A stretch of 64,000 nucleotides of DNA from Deferribacterales bacterium (GTDB lineage: Bacteria > Chrysiogenota > Deferribacteres > Deferribacterales > Geovibrionaceae): positions 32,001 through 96,000 of the forward strand of contig JBFWJS010000004.1 in the NCBI GenBank assembly GCA_050253075.1. The letters are read 5' to 3'. Positions 45,103-55,150 of the stretch are shown here, piece by piece; the stretch's first letter is position 1; every line of letters starts with the position of its first letter. The notes under the pieces are model-generated. The model saw only the letters and a list, made by a program, of their open reading frames with translations, ran no database searches and was not told the origin of the DNA. Made by a program: the position numbers and the translations under genes.

Positions 45103-45306
45103 ATGAAAGAGAAAGTTTTCAATGTTTCAGGAATGTCTTGTAACCATTGTGTAATGGCAGTTAAAGAAGCCGCAGAAGGCGTGGAAGGAGTTGCTTCTGC
45201 CGAGATCAGCCTCGAGCAGGGCACAGCAAAGGTTACATTTTCCGACGACGTAGCAGAAAGCAGCATCGTGGAAGCAATCGAAGAAGAGGGATTTAAAGTT
45301 TCATGA
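45103..45306 (+). CDS. copZ: Copper chaperone / HMA domain protein
   Basis: GMSCNHC; 67 aa; stop overlaps cysK start (ATGA). Confidence 0.85.
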   Translation: MKEKVFNVSGMSCNHCVMAVKEAAEGVEGVASAEISLEQGTAKVTFSDDVAESSIVEAIEEEGFKVS

Positions 45307-46250
45307 GAATATTCGAAAACAACTCGCTGACCATCGGCGGGACCCCCCTTGTGAAGCTGAACAGCATCAAGGGCAAACACAAGAACGATATCTTAGTTAA
45401 AATTGAAGGGAGAAACCCTGCCTATTCGGTCAAGTGCCGTGTTGCAGCAGGCATCATCCAGCGAGGTCTGGAAACAGGCGAGCTGAAAGAAGGGATGACC
45501 ATCATTGAGGCCACAAGCGGAAACACGGGCATCGGCCTTTGCTACGCAGGAGCCGCACTCGGCTTTAAAGTCGCCATTATCATGCCCGACACCATGAGCA
45601 TGGAGCGCAGAATGATGATGAAGGCTTTTGGAGCGGAACTCATCCTTACAGAAGGCAAGCTCGGCATGAAGGGCGCAGTCGCTCTCGCTGATGAAATGCT
45701 CTCTAAAGAACCTGAAAAATATTTTCTGGCGAACCAGTTCCGAAACCCTGCAAACCCGCAGATACACGTCAAGACCACAGGCCCCGAGATATTCGAGGAC
45801 ACAGACGGAAAGGTCGACGTATTCGTATCAGGCGTGGGCACAGGCGGAACCATCACCGGTGTCAGCAGATACCTGAAGCTGGATAAAAAGCTCAATATGC
45901 TCACCATAGCGGCCGAGCCGAAAAAGAGCCCTGTCATAACTCAGTTTATGAAGAATCAGGATCTCCAGCCCTCACCCCACGGCATACAGGGGATAGGCGC
46001 AGGATTTATCCCTGATGTGCTCGATGTCTCTCTCATAGACGAGGTCGAGCAGGTGGACGACGAAGACGCAAGGGAATACGCACGCAGACTCGCCCGTGAA
46101 GAGGGGATCATCGCAGGCATATCCTCAGGCGCAGCCGTAGCGGCAGCCATTCAGGCTATTGATAAACTCGGGCTTGAAAACAAAACGATAGTGGTCGTGC
46201 TCCCCGACAGCGGAGAGAGATACCTCTCCATGGGTCTGTACGACGCATAA
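45303..46250 (+). CDS. cysK: Cysteine synthase A
   Basis: NP.YSVKCR, EATSGNTG, GVGTGGT, IQGIGAGF, PDSGERYLS. Confidence 0.93.
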   Translation: MRIFENNSLTIGGTPLVKLNSIKGKHKNDILVKIEGRNPAYSVKCRVAAGIIQRGLETGELKEGMTIIEATSGNTGIGLCYAGAALGFKVAIIMPDTMSMERRMMMKAFGAELILTEGKLGMKGAVALADEMLSKEPEKYFLANQFRNPANPQIHVKTTGPEIFEDTDGKVDVFVSGVGTGGTITGVSRYLKLDKKLNMLTIAAEPKKSPVITQFMKNQDLQPSPHGIQGIGAGFIPDVLDVSLIDEVEQVDDEDAREYARRLAREEGIIAGISSGAAVAAAIQAIDKLGLENKTIVVVLPDSGERYLSMGLYDA

Positions 46251-46492
46251 AAATATATCTTCTTCAGCTTATTTGTAATGCTGAGGAAGAACAAAGTTCT
46301 AGCCTGAGGCTGTGCGCATCTGCGTTCAGCCTTTGGCTAGTACCGTGATGACATAACACAGTCCTTCTTTTCCCACTTACGTATTGACATTACTTCTCAA
46401 AACTACATAATAACTAGTTATTGCATTAAACACGATATCAATGCGGGCGAGCCCGCTTTAATAAAGAATATATAAAGAATACGGAGAATTTT

Positions 46493-46807
46493 ATGAACAT
46501 TCAGCAAATGATGAAACAGGCCCAGAAAATGCAGAAAAAGATGGAGGAAGCACAGGAAGAAGCAGCTAAGGAAGTTGTGGAAGCTACCTCCGGCGGCGGT
46601 ATGGTAACAGTAAAGGTAAACGGCAAACAGGAGATCGTAAGTCTCTCTATCGAAAAGGATGTCGTAGACCCTGAAGATGTCGACATGCTGCAGGACCTCG
46701 TCCTCGCCGCTGTAAACGAAGGGCTGAAAAAATCCCAGCAAGTAGTTCAGGAAAAGATGTCTGCCGTAACAGGCGGCATGGGTCTTAATATTCCCGGACT
46801 TTTCTAA
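46493..46807 (+). CDS. ybaB: YbaB/EbfC nucleoid-associated protein
   Basis: [28 protein letters not shown]; upstream of recR. Confidence 0.92.
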   Translation: MNIQQMMKQAQKMQKKMEEAQEEAAKEVVEATSGGGMVTVKVNGKQEIVSLSIEKDVVDPEDVDMLQDLVLAAVNEGLKKSQQVVQEKMSAVTGGMGLNIPGLF

Positions 46808-46819
46808 GCACCTGTAATC

Positions 46820-47413
46820 ATGAAAAACAGGATCTTTGAGCGCTGCGTAGGCGAGCTCTCAAAGCTCCCCGGTATAGGTAGGAAAACTGCCGCCAGACTG
46901 GCACTACACATACTGAAAGCTGATAGCGAGCAGGTGAAATCTCTCGCAGAAAGCCTTGTGGAGCTTAAGGAGAAGACCGTCTTCTGCAGCATATGCGGAA
47001 ACATGTCAGAAACAGCAATTTGTCATATATGCACGGACGACTATCGCAACCGTACTCAGATATGCGTGGTGGAAGAGGCCAAGGATATCTATGTCCTTGA
47101 GGCTACAGGCTTCTACCGCGGGCTTTACCACGTCCTCGGCGGGCGCATCTCGCCTCTGGACGGTATAGGACCTGAGGATCTGCGCATAGACGAGCTTATT
47201 AAACGTGCACAGAAAGACGATATAGCCGAGATAATCCTCGCCACAAACCCCGATATCGAAGGGGAGACAACCGCAATATACCTTTCAAAGCTCCTGAAAA
47301 AGCACAATCTTAAAGTTACAAAGATTGCCAGCGGAGTACCTATCGGTACAAATCTGGAATACACCGACGAAATGACATTGCTTAAAGCAATGGAACAGAG
47401 AAAAGATTTTTAA
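46820..47413 (+). CDS. recR: Recombination mediator RecR
   Basis: LPGIG.KTA.RLA, C4 Zn finger, YHVLGG.ISP.DG, ATNP..EGE.TA. Confidence 0.95.
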   Translation: MKNRIFERCVGELSKLPGIGRKTAARLALHILKADSEQVKSLAESLVELKEKTVFCSICGNMSETAICHICTDDYRNRTQICVVEEAKDIYVLEATGFYRGLYHVLGGRISPLDGIGPEDLRIDELIKRAQKDDIAEIILATNPDIEGETTAIYLSKLLKKHNLKVTKIASGVPIGTNLEYTDEMTLLKAMEQRKDF

Positions 47414-47414
47414 C

Positions 47415-48938
47415 ATGTCAAAAGAAATAATAGTGAATTCGACCCTCAACGAGGTTCGGGTTGCCATACTCGAAAACGGCAACCCTGCTGAAATATACGT
47501 TGAAAGGGCTCACAGCAAAAATGTTGCTGGAAATATATATAAAGGCAGAGTGATAAAGGTTTTACCCGGTATTCAGTCCGCCTTCATAGATGTCGGTCTG
47601 CCTAAGGCCGCATTCCTCCCCGCTGCGGATGTTTATGTCGAAAACGGCGAGCGTGTCAGCTTCCTCGAAAATAATATCGACGGCGAGCGTGAAGTAGCTG
47701 AGATAGACATCACAGACGAAGAAGAGCCGAAGGACATCCCCCCCATCGAAGAGATGCTGAAAGAGGGGCAGGACATAGTGGTGCAGGTGGCGAAGGAAGC
47801 CATCGGGCAAAAGGGCGCAAGGCTCACCACACACCTGACAGTACCGGGCAGATACATAGTACTCATGCCGGGATACGAGCATGTCGGCGTATCGAGAAAG
47901 ATAGAGGACGATCACGAACGTGACAGGCTGAGAGACATACTCAAAGCTATAAAGTCTCCGAACATGGGTCTGATAGCCCGAACAGTTACTGCGGGACACG
48001 ACGAAGAAGAGCTCAGAGCTGACTTCGACTATCTCAGCAGACTGTGGAGCAAGATAAAAGATAAGATGAGCGGTAAATCACCGTGCCTTATATACGAAGA
48101 CCACGGGCTCGTTTTCCGCATACTGCGCGACGCTGCCACAGCGGATGTAAGCCGTATCGTGATAGATAACAAGGCAGAATTCCTTAAGATAAAATCGTTC
48201 CTCAGAGAGTTTCTCCCCGACATACATGTCGAGGTAGCTCTTTATACAAACGACATCCCTATCTTTGACTATTACAACATAGAGATAGAGATAGGACGTA
48301 TCCTTGATAAGAAAGTATGGCTGAAATCAGGCGGATACATAATCATAGATCAGGCAGAGGCGCTCACCGTCATCGACGTAAACACGGGTAAATTTGTCGG
48401 TAAGCGGAACTTTGAGGACACCATCCTCAAGACAAACCTAGAAGCAGCCAAAGAGATAGCATGGCAGCTTAAACTGAGAAACATCGGCGGTATAATCATC
48501 GTCGACTTCATAGATATGGCAAAGGAAGAGAACAGGCAAAAGGTTCTCAAAGCCCTCGAACACGAAATGAAATCAGACCGTGCAAAGGCATCCGTCGTAA
48601 ACATCTCCCCTCTCGGACTGGTGGAGATAACACGTAAGCGTGTGCAGGAGAGCCTTTCCAGAGTGCTGTCCGAGGCATGCCCGTACTGCGAAGGCAGAGG
48701 ACTCGTGAAGAGCAAGCTGACCATATGCTATGACATACTGAGAGAAGTGAGGCGTATCGCACCTTTCGTGCGTAACAGGCGCATAGTGATAGAGGCTCAC
48801 CCTGACGTGGTAGACCTTATACTCGACGACGAGAAAGAGAGTCTGGACGAAATAGAGCTTATGATGAGCGTGAATGTGGAAGTGACACCAAACGACACTC
48901 TTCACATCCACGACTATGAGGTAACCCCTCTAGACTAG
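47415..48938 (+). CDS. rng: Ribonuclease G (Rne/Rng family)
   Basis: GNIYKG.V..V.PG, KGARLT, IDVNTG, GGIIIVDFIDM, CPYC.G.G. Confidence 0.9.
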   Translation: MSKEIIVNSTLNEVRVAILENGNPAEIYVERAHSKNVAGNIYKGRVIKVLPGIQSAFIDVGLPKAAFLPAADVYVENGERVSFLENNIDGEREVAEIDITDEEEPKDIPPIEEMLKEGQDIVVQVAKEAIGQKGARLTTHLTVPGRYIVLMPGYEHVGVSRKIEDDHERDRLRDILKAIKSPNMGLIARTVTAGHDEEELRADFDYLSRLWSKIKDKMSGKSPCLIYEDHGLVFRILRDAATADVSRIVIDNKAEFLKIKSFLREFLPDIHVEVALYTNDIPIFDYYNIEIEIGRILDKKVWLKSGGYIIIDQAEALTVIDVNTGKFVGKRNFEDTILKTNLEAAKEIAWQLKLRNIGGIIIVDFIDMAKEENRQKVLKALEHEMKSDRAKASVVNISPLGLVEITRKRVQESLSRVLSEACPYCEGRGLVKSKLTICYDILREVRRIAPFVRNRRIVIEAHPDVVDLILDDEKESLDEIELMMSVNVEVTPNDTLHIHDYEVTPLD

Positions 48939-49127
48939 GCAGGTCAGCACCTACAGGCTGATTGTAAGGATATATCCTGTATTGCCAAGACACAGGACGT
49001 GTCTCACGGAGTGAGCCGAAACAGGGCTTGCCTGTGCAGGCTTAAACAGAATGAGAGCAAGACCTGCTTTTAACAGGCTTTGCGAAAGCATTAAAAATGC
49101 AGGACGCATTTTTAATGGGAGGTAAAT

Positions 49128-49751
49128 TTGTACGATCGTAAAGACGCTTTCTATAGGAAAGCTAAAGTAGAAGGATTTAAATCAAGAGCAGCCTATAAGC
49201 TGATGGAACTGAATAAAAAACACGCCCTCTTCCGCAGCGGCGATGCCGTTCTGGACGTGGGCTGTGCACCAGGCGGATGGGTACAGGTTGTCCTCCAGCA
49301 GAAGAAGTGCACCGTTGTGGGCGTGGATCTGCTCGAGGTGACAAACCTCGAAGACACCAGATTCACCTTCATCCAAGGGGATATCACAAAGCAGGATACC
49401 GTCGATAAAGTACTCGAAATACACGAGAAATACGACTGTGTCATATCTGACGCAGCTCCTAATACATCAGGGTCGAAACTGCTCGACCATGTCAACTCCG
49501 TAGACCTCGTACGTCTTATATACCGGTTCACAAAGACCGTGCTGAAACCCGGAGGGAACTTTGTCTTCAAAGTTTTCGAAGGCGAGGACAGGGACGCCCT
49601 GGTACGGGATATTAAGAAAGACTTCAACTTCAGCAAGATGCTCCGCCCGGAGGCGACACGCAAGAACTCCTTTGAGATGTACATAGTCTTCAAAGGCTTC
49701 AAAGGTGTCGAAGAGCCTCAGGAAGAGCAGGAATCTCAGGAACAGGAATAG
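49128..49751 (+). CDS. rlmE: 23S rRNA Um2552 methyltransferase
   Basis: SRAAYKL, LDVGCAPGGW, SDAAP, KVF.G, P.ATR..S.E.Y. Confidence 0.9.
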   Translation: MYDRKDAFYRKAKVEGFKSRAAYKLMELNKKHALFRSGDAVLDVGCAPGGWVQVVLQQKKCTVVGVDLLEVTNLEDTRFTFIQGDITKQDTVDKVLEIHEKYDCVISDAAPNTSGSKLLDHVNSVDLVRLIYRFTKTVLKPGGNFVFKVFEGEDRDALVRDIKKDFNFSKMLRPEATRKNSFEMYIVFKGFKGVEEPQEEQESQEQE

Positions 49752-50510
49752 ATGCATCAGAAAGATATCGAACAGATATTAAAACTGGTAAAAAGCGGTG
49801 AGATGGACATCAATGACGCATCGTCAAAGATAAGCACCCACCTGAACTTCGGCGATGTAAAGCCAGACACATCCCGTGCGGAGAGGCTCGGATTCGACGA
49901 AGTGATATACGGACGGAGCAAATCCATCGCACAGATATCCTCCATAGCCGAAAGATACATCGAAAACGGGCTGAACTTTGTCTGTACAGGGCTTGATGCC
50001 GAAAAACTGGAAGAGCTTTCAGGCAGGTTTCCACAGTTCAGCGTGAACGAAACAGCGGGTATGATGAAGCATATAGTGAAGCCTGCGAAACGCAAAAACG
50101 GCAAGGTCGCCGTCATTACGGCGGGCACATCCGACATGAAAACAGCCGAAGAAGCCGCAGAGATGCTCGACGTTTGCGGTATAGAAGCAAAGATATACGC
50201 AGATATCGGCGTTGCGGGTATACACAGGTTCTTCAGCGTAAAGGACGATATAGCCGAATCAGACGTGATAATAGTCATAGCAGGCATGGAAGGCGCACTG
50301 CCGTCCATAACAGGGGGCATGTTCCCTCAGCCTGTGATAGCTGTCCCCACATCCACGGGATACGGAGCAGCTCTTGAGGGTTTTACGGCTCTCTTCGCCA
50401 TGCTCTCCTCCTGTGCAAACGGCATAACAGTGGTGAATATCGACAACGGTTTCGGCGCTGCGATGGCAGCCGTCAGGATCATAAACATGATCGACAAAAC
50501 ATCGAAATAA
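49752..50510 (+). CDS. larB: Nickel pincer cofactor biosynthesis protein LarB
   Basis: EVIYG.SK, TAGTSD, D.GVAGIHR, AGMEGALPS, VPTS.GYG, VNIDNGFGA. Confidence 0.9.
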   Translation: MHQKDIEQILKLVKSGEMDINDASSKISTHLNFGDVKPDTSRAERLGFDEVIYGRSKSIAQISSIAERYIENGLNFVCTGLDAEKLEELSGRFPQFSVNETAGMMKHIVKPAKRKNGKVAVITAGTSDMKTAEEAAEMLDVCGIEAKIYADIGVAGIHRFFSVKDDIAESDVIIVIAGMEGALPSITGGMFPQPVIAVPTSTGYGAALEGFTALFAMLSSCANGITVVNIDNGFGAAMAAVRIINMIDKTSK

Positions 50511-50566
50511 CTGCATATAACAATAGATCAAATTACTGTTTCATAAGGAAACTTTAAAATTTATCC

Positions 50567-50595
50567 TTGTCATATGTTCATTTCAAATCTATATT
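50567..50595 (+). promoter_or_regulatory. Putative sigma70 promoter for the DUF134 gene
   Basis: TTGTCA-N17-TATATT. Confidence 0.5.
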
Positions 50596-50718
50596 ACAAA
50601 AAGATTCATTATCAAATTTTTATTATGAGACGAGCTTTGTAGGTCGAGTTTAGGGAAATGCACGCATAGTGTTAATCATAACTAGCGTTCAATACATTGC
50701 TCTGTCCAGGAGAAAAAA

Positions 50719-51105
50719 ATGCCAAGACCGTCAAAACCGAGAGTTATCGGTGTGAAGCCGGAAATTTCCAACTTTAAACCCAGAGGAATCCCCTCAAAAA
50801 AACTCAAATCAGTGAATCTTGCTCTTGATGAATTCGAAGCTATAAGACTGGCAGACTACGAGGGACTCTCCCACGAGGATGCATCTGTTCTGATGAATAT
50901 ATCAAGACCAACATTCTCCAGACTGGTGGAGAAAGCAAGGATAAACATCGCAAACTTCCTTGTGGAAGGCGCTGAGCTCACTATCGAGGGTGGAAACGTA
51001 GAGTATAGGGAATGCGGATGCAGCAACTGCAAAGAAGGGCTCCCCGCAAGCCGTATCGAAAGACGCAACCACGAGTGCCCGACCACCGCTAAAGAGAACG
51101 CCTAG
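50719..51105 (+). CDS. DUF134 domain putative DNA-binding protein
   Basis: MPRP.K.R, FKP.G, DEFEAIRL.D.EGL, M.ISR.TF.R, IEGG; C-terminal Cys cluster. Confidence 0.9.
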   Translation: MPRPSKPRVIGVKPEISNFKPRGIPSKKLKSVNLALDEFEAIRLADYEGLSHEDASVLMNISRPTFSRLVEKARINIANFLVEGAELTIEGGNVEYRECGCSNCKEGLPASRIERRNHECPTTAKENA

Positions 51106-51782
51106 TCCTCTTTAAAGCGTTTCTTAGAAATTATAAAGACAAACGGTGCTTTAACATCATCAGGTACAGCACGGCGGATATCTTCTGCCGTGCCCCTGTA
51201 TGTTACCTCGTCGGGAAGACCGAGGTTCATAGAAAGGCTCATCTTCTTATCCAGAAAAGATATCTCGTCCAGCAGCTGATGCAGAACGTATGGTCTCTCC
51301 ATCATCACCACCGTATCCCTGCAGTTGGAAACACGGTCGAAGAATTTCTTACGCTCCGTCTTCTCCTTCGGCGGGAACCCCATAAAGTAAAAGCTCTCTG
51401 CGAAATATCCGCTGACGGACAGCGCAGCCGTTATAGATGAAGGGCCCGGAACAGATATCACCTGATACCCTGCGTTCCATGCCATATTTATAAAGTCGTA
51501 TCCCGGGTCTGCCACACAAGGCGTACCCGCATCAGATATCATAAGCACACGTTCGTGCTCTGCACATACTTCAACCAGAAATTCCTTATCACGTTTAAGC
51601 GAGTGTTCGTTCAGGAACATCTGCTCGGTGTCACGCACGCCCGCAGCAGCTACAAACCTGCCGAGGTTTCGTCTGTCTTCGCCTATGATGAGTCCGCATG
51701 AGGAGACTATCTCCAGCAGGTGCGGAGGTATGTTGTTATAATCCCCTGTGATGTCTGTGCCGGCAACGTATATGATAGGCAT
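51102..51782 (-). CDS. rsmI: RsmI-like tetrapyrrole-methylase family methyltransferase
   Basis: ISDAGTPCVADPG, VPGPSS, F.F.GF.P. Confidence 0.75.
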   Translation of the reverse strand: MPIIYVAGTDITGDYNNIPPHLLEIVSSCGLIIGEDRRNLGRFVAAAGVRDTEQMFLNEHSLKRDKEFLVEVCAEHERVLMISDAGTPCVADPGYDFINMAWNAGYQVISVPGPSSITAALSVSGYFAESFYFMGFPPKEKTERKKFFDRVSNCRDTVVMMERPYVLHQLLDEISFLDKKMSLSMNLGLPDEVTYRGTAEDIRRAVPDDVKAPFVFIISKKRFKED

Positions 51783-53051
51783 TTAGGAGATGACCTCAAG
51801 CCCGCCGAGGTATGGTCTGAGAGCCTCGGGAACTGTGATAGTGCCGTCTTCGTTCTGATAGTTTTCGAGCACGGCGAGGAATGTCCTCCCCACTGCGAGG
51901 CCTGAGCCGTTCAGCGTATGGGCGAACTCCACCTTTTTTTCACCCTTGCGGCGGAAGCGTATGGATGCACGTCTCGCCTGATAATCGGTGAATGTAGAGC
52001 ATGAGGATATCTCTCTGTATGTTCCCGCTGAAGGGAGCCATACTTCTATATCAAAGGTCTTTGCAGAGCTGAAGCCTATGTCTCCGCTGCAAAGTGTCAT
52101 AATCCTGTAAGGCAGTCCGAGTTTCTGAAGGATGAGCTCCGCAGATTCGAGCAGCTCCATGAGCTCCGCTTCAGAATCTTCGGGTCTGGTCACCTTCACA
52201 AGCTCCACCTTGTTGAACTGGTGCTGGCGGATGAGTCCACGCACGTCCTTGCCGTGAGAGCCCGCCTCTCTGCGGAAACATGCAGAGTATGAGCAATGCT
52301 TGATAGGCAGTGCGTCCTCTTCCAGTATTTCCTGAGCATAGAGGTTTGTAACAGATACCTCAGCAGTAGGAATAAGATAGAGCCCGTCTCTCTCACATTT
52401 GAAGAGGTCTTCCTCAAATTTAGGGAGCTGGCCTGTCCCCTGCATAGCATCTCCGTTAACAAGATAAGGTGCGATCACTTCTTTGTATCCGCGCTCAGCG
52501 TGTGAATCGAGCATGAAGTTGATGAGAGCCCTCTCGAGCTTCGCACCCATGCCCATATAAGCCGTAAAGCGTGACTTTGCGACCTTAACCCCACGCTCGA
52601 AGTCGAGCATGCCGAGGTTTTCTGCGAGGTCCCAGTGCGCTTTTGGCTCGAAGGAAAGCTCTTTCGGCTCTCCCCATGATCTGAAAAGTATATTATCGTT
52701 CTCGTCTGAACCGACGGGAACTTCGTCTTTGACAATGTTAGGCAGTGTAAGGAGCATATCGTTCATCTGTGTCTGAGCCTCTGCCAGCTCAGCATCGATG
52801 GCAGTAATCCTGTCGCCCGCAGCACGCATCTTTGCCTGAATCTCTGTGATGTCGCCGCCTGCTTTTTTGATATTTCCTATCTCTTTGCTCACGGAGTTGC
52901 GCTCCGCTTTCAGCACATCGGCTTCCGCCTGAAGGCTTTTACGCTTTTCATCCAGAGATATCAGCAGATCAAAGTCGAAGTCTGCTTTTCTGGCTGCGGT
53001 CTTTTTCTTTACGTCATCTATATTTGCGATGATATATTTGATATCAAGCAT
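51783..53051 (-). CDS. serS: Serine--tRNA ligase
   Basis: GTGQLPKF, LIPTAEV, FRREAG, RQHQF.KVE, EISSCS, LNGSGLA.GR. Confidence 0.96.
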   Translation of the reverse strand: MLDIKYIIANIDDVKKKTAARKADFDFDLLISLDEKRKSLQAEADVLKAERNSVSKEIGNIKKAGGDITEIQAKMRAAGDRITAIDAELAEAQTQMNDMLLTLPNIVKDEVPVGSDENDNILFRSWGEPKELSFEPKAHWDLAENLGMLDFERGVKVAKSRFTAYMGMGAKLERALINFMLDSHAERGYKEVIAPYLVNGDAMQGTGQLPKFEEDLFKCERDGLYLIPTAEVSVTNLYAQEILEEDALPIKHCSYSACFRREAGSHGKDVRGLIRQHQFNKVELVKVTRPEDSEAELMELLESAELILQKLGLPYRIMTLCSGDIGFSSAKTFDIEVWLPSAGTYREISSCSTFTDYQARRASIRFRRKGEKKVEFAHTLNGSGLAVGRTFLAVLENYQNEDGTITVPEALRPYLGGLEVIS

Positions 53052-53840
53052 TTAGTTCTCCTTAGTCTTCTGCTGTTCTTCCAGCTGGATAGTGATCTTA
53101 GCCAGCAGTGATGTCAGCTTGCGTGCCACGTCTATCACATATTTAGAATCAGGGCGTTCCTTCACGAGCATCTGATAGTATTTAACAGCTTCTGCCTCTC
53201 TACCGTCCTGATCTGCCAGCTTATTGCCGTAGAAATACAGAGCTTCGTCATATGACGAGGTGTCTGCATAGTTGGCTATGAGGTATTTCAGCCTTGTCTC
53301 GCCTGCGTCGGGCGAGCCTATGCGGTAGTAAAACTTCGCAACGTAAAGCTCACGTTCGGAGAGCATACTTCTCAGCTCCACTATCTTTTTATTCAGCTCG
53401 AACTCTCTGGTGTATGAAGGAAATCTGTCACGCAGCTTTGTAAAAGCGTCGAGAGCTCCCTCCACGGCGGACATGTCTCTGTCTATGGTGGAGACCAGCG
53501 CATAGTGGGAAAGTCCGAGTCTCAGCATTGCAGTCCCTGCGTCGGGAGAGTTGCTGTATATTTCAAGATACTGCTCGTATGCAGGTATCGCTTCTACGTA
53601 TTTTTTATCGAGAAAGTAAGCATCAGCCATAAAAAGCTGAGCCTGAGACGCCATCTCAGGTGTTTCTGCTTCCATCAGAGTATGTTCAAAGTATGATATG
53701 GATTGCTCATATTTCCCCCTCTGGAAATACTCCATACCTATCTTCATACTTTCGCCGGCAGTCATGTTCGGCCCTGTCTTTTTCGAGCAGGAAACGAATG
53801 CAAGCATACAAACTATTATCAATAAAACGATCTTTCTCAT
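53052..53840 (-). CDS. bamD: Outer membrane protein assembly factor BamD
   Basis: Lipobox FVSC, TPR repeats, DRD, EL.VAKFY. Confidence 0.8.
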   Translation of the reverse strand: MRKIVLLIIVCMLAFVSCSKKTGPNMTAGESMKIGMEYFQRGKYEQSISYFEHTLMEAETPEMASQAQLFMADAYFLDKKYVEAIPAYEQYLEIYSNSPDAGTAMLRLGLSHYALVSTIDRDMSAVEGALDAFTKLRDRFPSYTREFELNKKIVELRSMLSERELYVAKFYYRIGSPDAGETRLKYLIANYADTSSYDEALYFYGNKLADQDGREAEAVKYYQMLVKERPDSKYVIDVARKLTSLLAKITIQLEEQQKTKEN

Positions 53841-55150
53841 GCATCACCCTGTTTTTCAATGATCTCGCAATATATATCCGGATATATTATCCTCTTTATT
53901 CTGCACACATAGGGGCCGTAGCCGTCTGTCGCCACACCGTCTATGAAATAGGCTTTTCCGTCTATCTCGGGCGCCTGAAATAATGCACGCCCCTGAAGTA
54001 TAAGCTCCGACTGATCGCTCTCCCCTTCGACAAAGCAGATTATGTCGTTTTTTTTCAATATTTTCAAGCGGTTGTTCGTATTTCTCTTCTGCAGTTTCTG
54101 CAAGGCTCTGATACGCTTATTAGTCTCACGTTTCCCTACACCTTTGCCCAGATCATATGCAGATGTGCCCACTTCTCTGTAATATGGGAAAAAGCCTGCA
54201 AAATCAGGCTTATGCCTCTCGAGGAATTTCTCCATCTCGGCGAAGTCCTCTTCGGTCTCCCCCGGGAACCCGACTATCATAGTTGTGCGGATGATGCTCT
54301 CGGGGTCTGCCTTTCTGATGCCGTCGTAAACCTTGTCTATAACGGCGGAGTTGGACTTCCGCTTCATAGCTTTCAGCATGTTGTCGCTGTAGTGCTGCAC
54401 GGGAATGTCAAAGTAGCTAAGCACTTTATCACTGCCGCACATGGTATCTATGAGCTCGGGAGTCACGCCGTCGGGGTTCAGATACATCACACGTATCTTA
54501 AAGTCTCCGTCGAGCGCTTCGAGCTTTTTCAGCAGTTCGACCATCTTAGGCTTGCCGTAGATGTCGCTGCCGTATTTTGTATTGTCCTGAGATATGACGA
54601 TTAGTTCTTTCACGCCGTTCTTTATAAGGTTTGCCGCCTCGAGGAGTATGTCTTCCATCTTACGGCTCTTCAGGTCGCCCCTGATGCCGGGGATGGCACA
54701 GTATGAGCATCTGTTGTTGCACCCTTCGGACACTTTCAGATAAGCGTAGTAGTGCTCGTTTGCCAGTATTCTGGCAGAGCCGTAGTCCTTTACGGGGCTG
54801 TCGTCGTTCCGCAGATAGCTGATGACACGGTGCAGGTCGCCCACGCCTGTGTAGAAGTCCACCTCGGGGAGGTCTCTTTCTATATCGCCTGAGTAACGCT
54901 CGCTCATGCATCCGGTCACTATTATCTTGGCGTCCTGTTTACGCCTTTCCGCCATCTCGAGGATGTTGTCTATGGCCTCTGTCACTGCGGGCTCGATGAA
55001 TCCGCAGGTGTTGATGATGATGGCGTCTGATTCTTCGGGAATGTTTGTGATCTGAAATCCTTCTTTCTCCACGGCTCCCATCAGGTATTCCAGATCAACC
55101 TGATTCTTTGAGCAGCCGAGGCTTATGAAGGAGACTTTGTTATTTTTCAA
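53837..55150 (-). CDS. rimO: Ribosomal protein S12 methylthiotransferase RimO
   Basis: SLGCSKN.VD.E, INTCGFI..A, EGC...CSYC.IP..RG, APEIDG; start uncertain (55150 TTG or 55171 GTG). Confidence 0.9.
   Translation of the reverse strand: MKNNKVSFISLGCSKNQVDLEYLMGAVEKEGFQITNIPEESDAIIINTCGFIEPAVTEAIDNILEMAERRKQDAKIIVTGCMSERYSGDIERDLPEVDFYTGVGDLHRVISYLRNDDSPVKDYGSARILANEHYYAYLKVSEGCNNRCSYCAIPGIRGDLKSRKMEDILLEAANLIKNGVKELIVISQDNTKYGSDIYGKPKMVELLKKLEALDGDFKIRVMYLNPDGVTPELIDTMCGSDKVLSYFDIPVQHYSDNMLKAMKRKSNSAVIDKVYDGIRKADPESIIRTTMIVGFPGETEEDFAEMEKFLERHKPDFAGFFPYYREVGTSAYDLGKGVGKRETNKRIRALQKLQKRNTNNRLKILKKNDIICFVEGESDQSELILQGRALFQAPEIDGKAYFIDGVATDGYGPYVCRIKRIIYPDIYCEIIEKQGDA

Noticed and set aside
45304..45306. 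TGA read-through (selenocysteine) in copZ or other TGA-ended genes
   Set aside because: Proteins are full length and the TGA codons overlap the next gene's start or body, as in ordinary compact operons
49720..49748. caggaa micro-repeat at the rlmE 3' end
   Set aside because: Encodes a low-complexity QEEQESQEQE tail; no evidence of function
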